A DNA stretch of 64,000 nucleotides from Antedon mediterranea (lineage: Eukaryota; Animalia; Echinodermata), in assembly GCF_964355755.1 (NCBI RefSeq), contig NC_092675.1, forward strand, positions 3,157,812 to 3,221,811. Direction: 5' to 3'. The notes beneath the pieces were generated by a model that had not been told where the DNA came from, searched no databases, and saw only the letters and a list, made by a program, of their open reading frames with translations. Positions within the stretch are counted from its first letter, which is position 1; each line of letters opens with the position of its first letter. This document shows positions 41,236 through 53,500 of the stretch, one piece after another. Made by a program: the position numbers and the translations under genes.

Positions 41236-41656
41236 TGCCATTTTTAATGTCACCTAATAGTTATTCACTTTGACCCAAAATTAGTTTGGAAAGAAAATGT
41301 AGTTATCTCAAAAATTGTAATTTAAAGCAAAAAACAGTCAAAGTCAAGTCAAATTGGCTGCGAGCCAATGTGTTTTTGGTTGAATTTAACCATTTATTTT
41401 TTCATTTTATATGTGGAAATAAATTTTTCCCCCGTTTTTTTTTCTACGGAAGTGATTAACTTTATTAAAACTACAAAATTATCTATTCAAATTCTGATTT
41501 TATTATTATTTATTTTTCATGTTTTGGGGCGAAAAATAAATCTATAATATTTTAAATACAATATTTTTGGATGATTGCATCACTTGTTGCGCAATATTTC
41601 TTAACTGATATTCAACATGCAATATTGCGGCGTCTCTTCCTAAATTCATTGAAATA

Positions 41657-41728
41657 GGCCTACTTATTTCAGGCCTACTTATTTCAGGCCTATTTATTTC
41701 AGGCCTATTTATTTCAGGCCTATTTATT
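41657..41728. repeat. 15-bp tandem repeat AGGCCTA[C/T]TTATTTC, ~5 copies
   Basis: Read directly from the sequence. Confidence 0.95.
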
Positions 41729-43454
41729 GGTCTATAAAACCCTGATATATAACAAACTAAAGTAAGAATACAAACAAATCTAACCTATACATTTTCATAA
41801 AACTTGCTGCTTAGGTCTAAATACCTTTGAAATTGGAAAGATTCAACTAGTAGATAAGTATAGAATAATGATTGATTCACTAAATATAGGTCAAAATACG
41901 ATTATCAAAAGTGACAAAAATCTTGTTAAAAGAAAGATTGGCATAATTCTACATTGTGATCGGCATACATACACACAGATTGATAATAATTAACCGAAAT
42001 ACGTAATATGCCAATTACTGTAGCCTATATTTTCAGCGGTAAAGTGTTACGCCTGCTCCGACACCAATTTCCGCTTTACATCTTTCTACGCGCTAATAAT
42101 AATAGGCCTACACAAAAGACCCATAGATAATACGCCGTGATTGGGAAGATACCAAGTATAAAAGTACTATTTTCACAAACCTTAAGGCTATGGATAATGA
42201 ATGGTATTTAGCGGACATTTTTTTGTGTGAATCCCGAATGCAATCTTTGCCAACTATTATCATCACACTTGTGTAAAAATAATAGAGAACTAGGCAAGGG
42301 TCAGGAAAACAATGATGAGGGTCTCAACAACTGTTCTTTGTTATGATGCAAGCCTACACAACCATTCATTGACGATTGACTTACATTTTAATGGAATTTC
42401 CATGTATACCAAGAAATACAATTATGCCTACGTCAGATGTTTCTGTACTTTATTACATAGGTAATATCATATAGGAGATTCACCCGGTCATGCTGAATGT
42501 AATACGATAGTAGATATAGGCCTAGCCAGGACCCTTCCCTACTAAACTCCAAATAATGAGGTGACCTCATGTTTTAATATTTATCACCATATTTCACGAA
42601 ATAAACTCACAATAATATTGTTGTTGTTGTTGTTGTTGTAAATGAATCTATAAAAGGCATTGAATGGTTTTATGATTTGAAATTATATTTTATCTAATAG
42701 CCTATGATTATCCAAAGAGTTAAAAAAAGTGTGACCCCTGGTAATTTTATAAGAAACCGTATGAATTTAAAAATATTGCAACTTTCGAATCTACCACATG
42801 ATCGAATCAGGTTAAAAGAAGAATAGGCTAACCAATCAATATTTTAACTAAATTCAAACGCCCTCGGATCAAAATACCTTCACGTTAATGTTTTCTTTTC
42901 ATTATAAACCATTTTTAACTGCGGCCTTTTGTAGCCTTTAAGTATTTCACAGGTGTACAACGGTATAGAAGTGTTTCTAGTACCTGGTTGCCTCAGGTAT
43001 CTTTGCTAGCGGTCACCTTTTTTATAGTTTAGCTGCACGTACGTACCTGCAACTACTGGCCACTAAATCGGGACAGCACACGTGCTTTATGTCACAAAAT
43101 TCAAACTAACAAGGGACAAAGACACGACCTCTGTTTTAATTATTAATTAGGCCAATTAATTTGGAGTATTAATAGTTATAATCACTTTACTTCATATTTT
43201 ATTTACATTACTTTAAGTGAAGAATGCAAGAGCACATTCTTTGCTTCGTTAAAGTTTAATAATAAGACAAATAACACAATGACTTATTACGACAGTAGAA
43301 CCACACCCATTTAGAACATCCTTAGGGGACACGCCTTTATTAAGGGGACACTCCTATAAGGGGTAACGTTCTCATGAAACGTGGAAATGCTTTAACAATC
43401 TTGACAATCTTGTTCTTATACCTTTACTTATGTTATGTATTGTAATTCATTCTA

Positions 43455-43675
43455 ACAAAATAAATGAATGGAAACCGACAACTTAACTAGAATGGAATTG
43501 AGAAAGAGAGGCAGACCTAAAAGCGATGTGTAGACGAACAAATAAACAAGAAAGAATGAAAACAGGATGGAAATCATGGATGGAAGCAGAAGCATGGCTA
43601 TGGAAAAACCGATGGAAGATATAGACACTATCTTCTTTGTGCCACTGGGCACGAAAGGGATAGGCGAATTGAATT
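43455..43675 (+). mobile_element. RTE-type LINE 3' remnant
   Basis: Encodes RKRGRPK-(frameshift)-..RRT, the RTE C-terminal motif, followed by CTTTGTGCCACTGGGCACGAAAGGGAT and a short tandem tail. Confidence 0.6.
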
Positions 43676-44634
43676 ATACTGCAAAAATCCAGGGCAAACG
43701 AAATTTAATTTAGAAATTGATTTTATAAAATCATTTATGATGTTATTAACCAACACTGAACCACACAAACGAAGAAGAAAAAAACAACATGAATACCCGA
43801 TTACAAACGTCTCTTTGTTGTTAAAAATAGAATGAACCGTTTCATTTGAATTAACTTTAATTAACTTAAAATATCAAAACACAGGTGAATTAAAATAATC
43901 AAACAAAGGGAGTTGGCAAATGCGAGCGTTGAGCGCGTGGCTTTACGCGTGGTCATATTGGAATTCAACAACTTTCAAAACTCGAAGACAACAGCCACGT
44001 GTAAAAAAATAAACTTTTGCTCAAGTAATTTCCTCAATTTTAAGTGTAATTTCTGCTTGAAAGCAACCCAAACATGATAATCAGAAACAACAACAAGATA
44101 TCAACAAGAAGTCTCGGAAATGTTTTCATTAACCATTTGTACTTCACAGCATGGGTTTCAGCAACAAGCTACGGATTAATATCAATTAAATTGTAAAATC
44201 ATCAATTATTACTGTTACAACACAAGTCAATACTTTGTCACCTTTTTAACGACAATGTACCCAGTGAAGTGTCAATACACCACGCGTGGACCTCTTGTGT
44301 GTTCAAATATTGTTTTGTTATCTTTCTATATCTTTTTAATTATTTGAAATAATCCGAAAGGACACAATAAATGTTTTGTTTTCAATTAACTTTTCTTAGT
44401 TCGCGTGTATTTTCATCATAACCAAATAGTTGTTTTTTCGTCATTTCAAAAAGATGTTAAAGACGTTTGTATAAATCAGTAGTTGAACCACCATTTCAGG
44501 AGACGCCAATTTTGTAAGACATTTCCCCGTGTGTAACAAACGAGGGGAATTATGTTTTTAACAACCTATATTCAGGAAACTTCGTAAAAGAAACATATTG
44601 TTGGATCCACAATATTAATTAAGAAGGGGTTTTC

Positions 44635-44905
44635 AGTGTCATCTATCGTCGTCAGAAGCATTATCATCTGAAGTTTCTTTGGACCGTTATTGTCATCACC
44701 AACCATTGGTATCCAATCACCATCATCATGTTTCATCATCATCATTATCATCAACATCATCATCATAATCAATCACATGATTATAGTCATACACTTTACA
44801 CATTACTATTGATTACACCACAGCTATAGTCATCACTATCATCAGAATCATCATAACCTCACCCCTATCATCAATCATCACAATTATTATCACGACCACC
44901 AGCAC
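44635..44905. repeat. Degenerate (CAT)n low-complexity tract
   Basis: CATCATCAT-rich; explains the Met/Ile-rich spurious ORFs here. Confidence 0.85.
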
Positions 44906-47155
44906 CGATAGGCCTATATTCTTACTATGAATTTCTAACCGCACATTACACTTTTTCCTAAACATTACAAAGTCTAAGCTGAGCATTAATCCGCCATCAT
45001 TGCAACTTGCAGTTACCATCAACCACATAACGACTTTACATCCAAGAACAGCACATAACAACGTCTTAACAATGTCAAGAACATGCATCATATCTAATCG
45101 TAAAACAAGTGACATCGCACGCAAACGAAACTCGTATCACTTTGTGTGTTTTAATTACGAACGTTGTTTTCGTTATATCGTTTGTCACTTCTTCGTATTT
45201 ATTCAATTAAAAGTTTCATCTGATTATTACTCAACGATATAAAAAACAGTAATCCACAGTCTCACATTCGGAGAACAGAACACATTTTCTACCGCATTTG
45301 ATATGCGAGTATATAGTACGATAAAAACCAAGATCATAAGAACGAATGGAAATGAAAATGAAATAAAAAACTTTTTTTTTAAACGGTACTAAACTGTTCC
45401 GTGCATCTTTGCACGAAGAATATAGGAGACAATTTGTTCAAAAACCTACTTTAATATTGGTTTAGGCCCACATTGTGTCAGATGACACAAACAATGTGAA
45501 CTGACCATAACAGTCTTTACAAAATGGTGAATATAGCACATAGTGACCTGGCTTTTTTAAACAGATTTGTATCCAAATGTTGGGCCTATCTACCTTTCGT
45601 ACGTTCTTATAGCGTAGAAATCTCGAGGATTTGTTCGTTGGGACATCGCCGTAAATCACAATCTGTGTAATGTTCATTTCTAGGGCTTTGAAACTATTAT
45701 ACACGTATTACGCAGGCTTAACGATACAAGAGTTAATGTCAATTTGAAAATGTTGTTTAAGTGATAACAACGATCACTTAGTAGAGTCTTTTATTATCAC
45801 AGGGAGTGAGTAGGCCTACTTCAAAAGAGATTTGTGATGTCGTGATTTAACACGCGTTCATATTTATCATTTCATTACATCCACGGCTTTTAGGTGATAT
45901 ATCCATTATGACTTTTATATTCTTAATATCGCTCATTTATTGTATTATAAATTGTACTATAAAGCGTTTTCCTTTATTCGTTTTTAAACGTAATGTTTTC
46001 CAGTAATTTACTATCAGTGTAAATTGATAAACCTGGTTGAAAACCCTATAAATAATAATTATATTGAATATAATTTCAAACACATTTGTTAGAAATATAC
46101 CTAGCGAAATGAAATAGTAAAACAGCTTTAGAATGTATAAAATAACACAATTTCGTTATATAAGTAGAAACAGCATCGTTTATATGACAGGCGGATGTGA
46201 AAAGAAAATTTAAATTAATGACATGGTACTTACTAAACTGTAAAGATACACTCTTAAGTTTCGATAAATGATATCGATCTGCTACCTAATATAGTGTTTT
46301 CTGGTATGATGTAAACATCATTTACTCGATAAATGTCTAGTACGCCTTTACATATTCCAAATTGATTTTTTTCAAATGTCAAATTTAATTAGAACAATCA
46401 TTATTTTAAAAAAATATCGTTACTTATGGTATTATAGTTTATATATATTTTATTTCCTATATTTTGTATTCATCAGTCAATCGTAAACAGAACTTTTACC
46501 TTAAAGATGAAATAAATCACTATTTTTTTTAGAACTACTATACACTAGCGTAGTTCCACCAAGCTATAGTTTTACAAAAAAAAGTGTCATGTTTCCAAAT
46601 ATAGTAGTGATATACCCATATATGGTACTGGTATGACATCATCATGTCCATTTTTTGTCACATAAAATGTGATAGTGTATTGAGCTTTACGCGTAAACAA
46701 ATCTTTTAAAAAGGTAATAAAATATATTACAATGAAGCGTATGCCTAAATACATTCATATGTGTTTATTCATAGGTCAAAATATGTTTGGTCAAAAACAA
46801 TTACAATAACAATATACAAGAAAAATGTATGAGAACAAGCATTACTATGGGAGTTAAAAAGGTATAAACATTTTTAAATATATTATCATTAAACAGAACA
46901 TTTTTATTAAATTAATAGATTTTAAATGTGTTGCTTAATTAATTTCCATTTTTTTGTAAATAATAATAATAATAGTAATTTATTGTCATGTTTTGATGTA
47001 TACCAACAAGGGTTTCTCAAGATTGATATTTAAATCAAACTCTTATTCTAATCGGTAACCATGACGTGACGTCAAATTTATTTTGATCTTACCATAGAGG
47101 TATAATTCCTAAGTCTTACACACAATTATATTTTACGTTTGTACGATTTGTATTA

Positions 47156-50100
47156 TAGCAGGGGAACTTAGCACTTTTTTTGTGCACTTTGTGACAAAAG
47201 CACCAAATTTGGCACAAACCTTCTTTAGGGTATATCTAACAATCCTAGAAGGGGTGCCCAAAAATCGGAACAATTTAACGATGTCATTTGGACCACGCCC
47301 TTTTTTTAGTATTACGTAATTAGGTGAAAACTTAAATCTTCGTATATACATACCAAGTTTGGTATCAAATTAAAACTCATGACATGTACATTGCAATACA
47401 CACATAAAAAATATATGATTTCTCTTCAGACGGAATATATAGGTAAAATAATGTAATTTTCTGTCATATTGAAGGGTATTTCAATCAAAACGTGCCAATA
47501 TTGTGTAGTGTTATGAACATTGTAGTTATAAGAAAACAACATTTATTTTTGTAATAGTACTAATATATATTTATCCTGTACCAGTTACTTTCCTTTAACA
47601 TAATATTAGGAACCACTGAAAAAAAGTATATAAAACATATACTGTATCAAACTTGGCTCAATAACCACTGGACTATTAGTAAACCGACAAAAGACCATTT
47701 GACTGACAATTATAGTGTTAGCATCATGGAGGTGATTATCAACTTTACTTTTATGAAATTATTTATCTGGAAACAAACACTTATAATGGTACAGAGTTGC
47801 TAGATGACGAACAAGTTCCACGGCATGGGTAACAAGACCAGTGCACTGCTGAACGGCACTTGCAGTTCCCTGAGCAAAAAGGCAACTTTTTGCAGCCACA
47901 CTTTAGCAATTCCCTACATGCCTTGGATGCTTCAGGTAGTATTGTCCAGACTGGTGTCCATGTACTGCCGGTTTTAGTCCAACCAAAGTCTTCTGGTGAT
48001 GGAGCATTCTGCTGTGGCTGTAGACTGGTGGTCCAAATGCTTGCCTGGTATATGGATCGGTTGGAATGCTGTAAAGGTGCATCCTGCAATAAACAATTTA
48101 AAGATTGGTGTTAGCTTTTAATGAAAAAAAAACATGAACCTGATAATAAATTATTAAACGACAATTGACAATTATATGGAAGCTCCCCTTACCTGTGTAG
48201 GAGGAATGTTGTCCATTGTCCGTGCCTTTCTTGAAAAAAGATCTTGTCTTAGCTTAGTAACACTTCTTAAAGTACTTGTCTTGTCGTATAGATGACATGT
48301 AAACTCCTCTAGTAACTGGAATTGAGATGAGTTGACTCCTAGAGATTTGAAAGGGTGATGTGCCATGAAAAGAAAGGCTTCTGTGACTGCTGGAAATGAG
48401 TTCCACGTCTCCCATGCGGAGTGTTTTGCTTTTCCGAAGAACGGGGATGTAGTATCGGACCCAGTAAATGCATGAAAAACTGGCAGCCCTCTTGACTTAT
48501 CCTCTCCTAGGTTATGGCAGATGGTATTTATATTAAAATATTGGAAGTGCTTACACCCATGGCAAATGCGACCCAGATACACGTACCAGGATAACAGGCT
48601 ATTAGATTGCAGAAAATACCAACCAGGATAACAATGACATCAGTATCAACTGTACGCACCAAAATAACCCTGCTGTCTTTCTTTAAGGCATCATCAATGT
48701 GAATGCACATCCTGGAGTCGGCCTATTCATGGTCGCAGATTGACATAGGTTGAGTAGATGTCAACATACAACAGACTCGCCTACAGGACATATATCAAGA
48801 ATTACTTACTAATTTAATATGCCTTTTTAATTAATTATTGGTATGAAACTGTATAAGTGATGTAATGTAAACTTCTTTGCAGTCAGAGTAATCATGGGTA
48901 GACACCTTTGTAGTTAAAAAGTTAAATAACTCCTCTTTATTTACTGGATTTTTCAGAAAGTCTGGAAAATTCCCTGGAATCTTTTTTGGTCGCCCAACTT
49001 TCGTCCTACCCCTTTTCCTCTTTTTTCTCCTGTAGACTGCTTAAGACTATCTGTTCTGTAAGTGTCCCACACTATATCAATTCTGTTACTATTCTGCAGC
49101 TGCTGTCTGGTCTACGGTAGAAAGACCTGTCATACAAATGATACAAGAATAACGATCCGCATATAGAAGTGACCAATTATGTGGTGGTTAAACAATAGAT
49201 ACAATCCTGAATGCAAAGAAATGTACTCACCTTATCACCGTAGTCATCAAATGTAAATGCATGGTTGCTTGAAAGAGCATGGACAATAGCAGCTCCGTCA
49301 AACACCTTTACGCCAAAATATGTAGAAGGTTCAGGCTGGCCTTCAGTCTCCAAATGCTGTAGCAACTCAGACTTCTTAGTTGGTAGTCGAAGCTTTCCAT
49401 TTACTGCCAAAGAGGGTGGCCATGGCTGGTTTTCATGCATGAAGAAGTCTTCCAAATCTCCATCACGAGATTGACTTGCAATATACAGTCGACTGAATAG
49501 GCTGCAGTCACTTTTTAAACTCTTAACTTGTTGCTTTGTTTTGGACACTGATTTTGACCATGGTGTCATGTTTTGACAACGGCAGCTTATTCTGTTTGAT
49601 GGCTTGTTGAATTGCAACACTTCTGTCGAGAATAACTTCCTTGAAATATTTTGGTACTGGGTAGTACCTACATCCTGAATTGTACGAACTGTCACTACTG
49701 CACTTTCATTGGCACAATCTCGAGCATCCAAGACCAGAAGTTCTGAACAATTATCGAGGAATGGGTTGCCTGCATTGCTCAGGGAACTACAAGTGCCGTT
49801 CAGCAGTCTTTCTTGCACTGGTCTTTGTTACCCATGCCGTGGAACTTGTTCGTCATCTAGCAACTCTGTACCATTATAAGTGTTTGTTTCCAGATAAATA
49901 ATTTCATAAAAGTAAAGTTGATAATCACCTCCATGTATTGTTATGGATGCTAACGCCATAATTGTCAGTCAAATGGTATTTTGTCTGTTTACTTAGTCCA
50001 GTGATTATTGAGCCAAGTTTGATACAGTATATGTTTTATATACTTTTTTTCAGTGGTTCCTAATATTATGTTAAAGGAAAGTAACTGATACAGGATAAAT

Positions 50101-50527
50101 ATATATTAGTAGTTCTATTACAAAAATGAATGTTGCTGTTCTTATAACTACAATGTTCATAACATAGCCCAATATTGGCGCGTTTTGATTGAAATCACCT
50201 TCAATATGACAGAAAATGACATTATTTGACCTATATATTCCGTTTGAAGAGAAATCATATATTTTTTATGTGTGTATTGCAATGTACATGTCATGAGTTT
50301 TAATTTGATACCAAACTTGGTATGTATATACGAAGATTTAAGTTTTCACCTAATTACGTAATACTAAAAAAAGGGCGTGGTCCAAATGAAGTCGTTAAAT
50401 TGTTCCGATTTTTGGGCACCCCTTCTAGGATTGTTAGATATACCCTAAAGAAGGTTTGTGCCAAATTTGGTGCTTTTGTCACAAAATGCACAATCTTCAT
50501 AAAAAATGGAAGTTAGCAACCCTGCTA
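47156..50527 (-). mobile_element. AcademX-type DNA transposon, rearranged non-autonomous copy (3372 bp)
   Basis: Ends TAGCAGGG...CCCTGCTA, 3-bp TSD TTA (47153-47155, 50528-50530), inverted arms 47156-47877 and 49775-50527, and XPG-like nuclease plus Cys-finger coding remnant. This is the architecture described for Academ (DDE + XPG + Cys8 finger; short TSD; long TIRs). Confidence 0.85.
47781..49775 (-). pseudogene. Intron-containing XPG/FEN1-like nuclease plus C-terminal Cys-rich finger (C-terminal half of the Academ protein)
   Basis: Motifs FFMHENQPWPPSL, VFDGAAIVH, RIDIVWDTY, CDHE*AD (TAG at 48723-48725), TVDTDV, FHAFTGSDTT, IPPTQ, GW..W.P.W, CGCKK..CSGNCKC. GT-AG introns at 49127-49230 and 48084-48192, plus a third with acceptor at 48781. 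Several stops and frameshifts. Confidence 0.9.
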
Positions 50528-53500
50528 TTACGTTCATTCGTGTTTTATGTGTGGAGTATAGGTTACGTAGTCTGAAATTGCCTAGATATAATAGCGCAAG
50601 CATGATGTTTGTAATGAATAACGTTACCTCATGTTATGAATATTGAAGGAACTCTATACATAGTTTTATGAACAGAATTCAAACAAAACCCGGATGTGAA
50701 AGCGCTTTTAATCATACATTTTAAAACATGTATACGCCGCCTATGGTATTGTGTTCGTTAGTCTATTAGGCCTTACAGTTGACGACGGTTTTGTAATACG
50801 GACGTGACTGTTAAAAATAAGTCATAAACAAATATCGTGTGAAAATATAAAATAGTGTTTTAATAATAAGTAAAAATGAAATTAAAAAAAGATTTGGTAA
50901 ATAGCCAACTCTTAGTCATGTTCTACCGCAACAGTGATGAAATTAAGATTTCATACCTGTCATAACAATAATCGTGGGATTTTACTTTAAAAATCATGTT
51001 TAAAATTATTAATGATGACAAGGCTATGTAGATATCATATTCGTTGTCTGTTATTATTACTAATTGAAAGCATACTATTCCGAACTTTATATTTTGATCT
51101 TATGTTGTCTTGCCGTTTACTCACGAGCGGACGGTACTAACACCCGGCGAACACGCTCTCCCCAGGCTATGCACCACCGAGAAAAAAGCGCCGCAAAATA
51201 GTGTTCACAGCCTAGATGAATATTACAAATCCCCTGTTGAGAAATACAAAATACAAACATATTTACAGGAATTGCCCCTTGGCTAAATTACGTCATGTTC
51301 AACTATCTTTAACGCCTTCAGTAGCGGGAAAGACGTTGAAGACGTTATAAATAGATATATCTGATGGTTGCGGGGAGATAATGATGGGAAAATACCTAGT
51401 ACCGAGTAACTGTGTGGGAAATTATCAAAGTTATATCAATTTCTCTATCACTGTTAATATTGTCAGAAACAGACCACACCACACTACACACTCATGATAT
51501 GCCTATACGACATCCTCTAACCTCTAGGTATAACATCTTCATACTCTAACAAAGAGGACTTTTTACTTTGTGACATGACAATAAAAAAAAAGTTTGCTTT
51601 CCAAGCTGCAACCTTAGGCCTATAGCTTGTGAAAGGGATCGACATTCTTGTAACTGCATACAAACAAAAATAAGACTTAATCGAATGCACAAACACGAAG
51701 CTGAACTCAAATATATGCTTTCTCCAACACCTGTTGGTCTATAATAGACCAACAAGTATTAATTAATGTTTATTTTTTTTTTAATATGTTTTCAAAGAGT
51801 TTCTTTGTACGTATTGTTGACGTGCTACCTGTCTTCATTCGATCCTCTCCCTTTCATATGACATGAGTGTTCCTTCTCATTCTTCCAAGGCGTTATGATT
51901 CGACTGGAGGTGTGTGGAAGGTTCAAGCCAAAGGCCTAAATGTCAATACTATAGGCAGCAGGCATTGATGACTTCATAATGCAACCTTAAATAAGTACCA
52001 AGTGATGAATATCATAACATACCATGCAACGCTCTTCCCCACCGTGATAAACATTTGTGTCCTAAACTGTGGCTTATTTTCCAGGTGCTACGGCGATTTA
52101 AACAGGCCTCTCCCGCTAAGGTATCGCCCACAGCATCATTTTACTACTAAGACACTTTGCAGATAAATTGAAATTCTTATAGCTAATAATACAATATGAA
52201 AAAGGTTGTTGTGTGAACAAATATTGTATTAGTTGGAATTAGTTCTTGTCGTGAGGTGGTATATTGTAAATTGGTTACCATGAGTATTGGCCTCAATCCA
52301 ATAGGCTTGCATTTCATTTAAATTGAAAGCACAAATAAAAACCTAACAAATATTAGGCCTACATTTTAAAAAATGAATGTAATAAATCAACGAAATTTAA
52401 TATAGCAGTGGGTTTAAGCGCATGAAGATTGTTTTGCATTTTACAACGACGAAGAGACGTTTTTCTTTTTTGCGATACTTTTTCAAAATAATATTTTTCT
52501 ATTCCATTTTAGGAACGTGTACTATATCCTATTTAAAAATAGCACTTGTATGGTAACAAATACTTTAACAATTAATACATTAAAGGAATTGTATAGTTAG
52601 GTGGTTGGCGACCAATCAGAGATCCTCGGTTAAAATCAATCATACAAATGATACAAAATAACTAAATCTAAAGGATCTAAAATCGATGGCTAGGCCAATA
52701 AAATAAAATAGATTTTATATTAAATAGATTTTATATTAAATTCGATGCATTAATTCACCAGCATATCGCATTGCACACTATTTCTCAAAATTGTTGACAA
52801 AAAAATGAACGTGTATCAGTAGCTCATCTTACCGTGCAATAGAACTGACTAATGCATGACACGTGATACGAAATCAGCGAATGAAAATGGGAAGGATATA
52901 AAGTTATGTGTACTATTTAATGAGATAATTTTTTTTCCGCATTGTCAACTATAATAACAGATGACAACTTTTGAAAAAGGAAGGAAATAATAAAGAAAAG
53001 AAAAATATGAATTTTTAATAGAACTAATAATAAACTAAACATAAATAACTAGTTTAAAAATAAATAGTAATAAGACCGGCCTTGTTTGATTGCCGTATAT
53101 ACAATATAATATCAATATTCACTATTTAAAATTAATTGTCAGTTTTTCCTAATTTCGCTCGCTTTCCTAAATGTATCCTTCACTGTCATCTCTACAACTG
53201 CAATTGTAAAGATGAATTATTCGTCGCCCACCTTCGCTCTCTTCACCTCTTCAACCATATCCATACTATATTCTACAATCGTTTTATTTTAATCTCTTCA
53301 ACACTCAAATAAATCAAATATATTGAATCAATAGTCACTTGCTTCATTTGTCTTATAAATTAATCCCGCTGTTCTTTCGATAACTTGTATGTTTTGCCTA
53401 TCCATTGTTATTTCTGATTTTAAATAGCAACCAGAGGGATGGAAGGCGTATGCTTCCGGACTAAAATACTGAATTAATAATCCATGTATGACAAGCGAAT

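Noticed and set aside
44572-45242. Met/Ile/Val-rich ORFs
   Set aside because: Translation of a (CAT)n low-complexity tract.
47133-47351. Twin ORFs MYIRRFKFSPNY.. (also 50322-50516)
   Set aside because: They are the two arms of the Academ inverted repeat and show no coding signature.
47156-50527. Tc1/mariner (TA TSD) or Harbinger (TTA TSD) assignment for the large element
   Set aside because: The XPG-like plus Cys-finger coding content and the TAG..CTA ends with long TIRs fit Academ better.
51828-51934. Open minus-strand segment between AG and GT (AFGLNLPHTSS...)
   Set aside because: Weak splice sites, no linked exons, no homology recognised.
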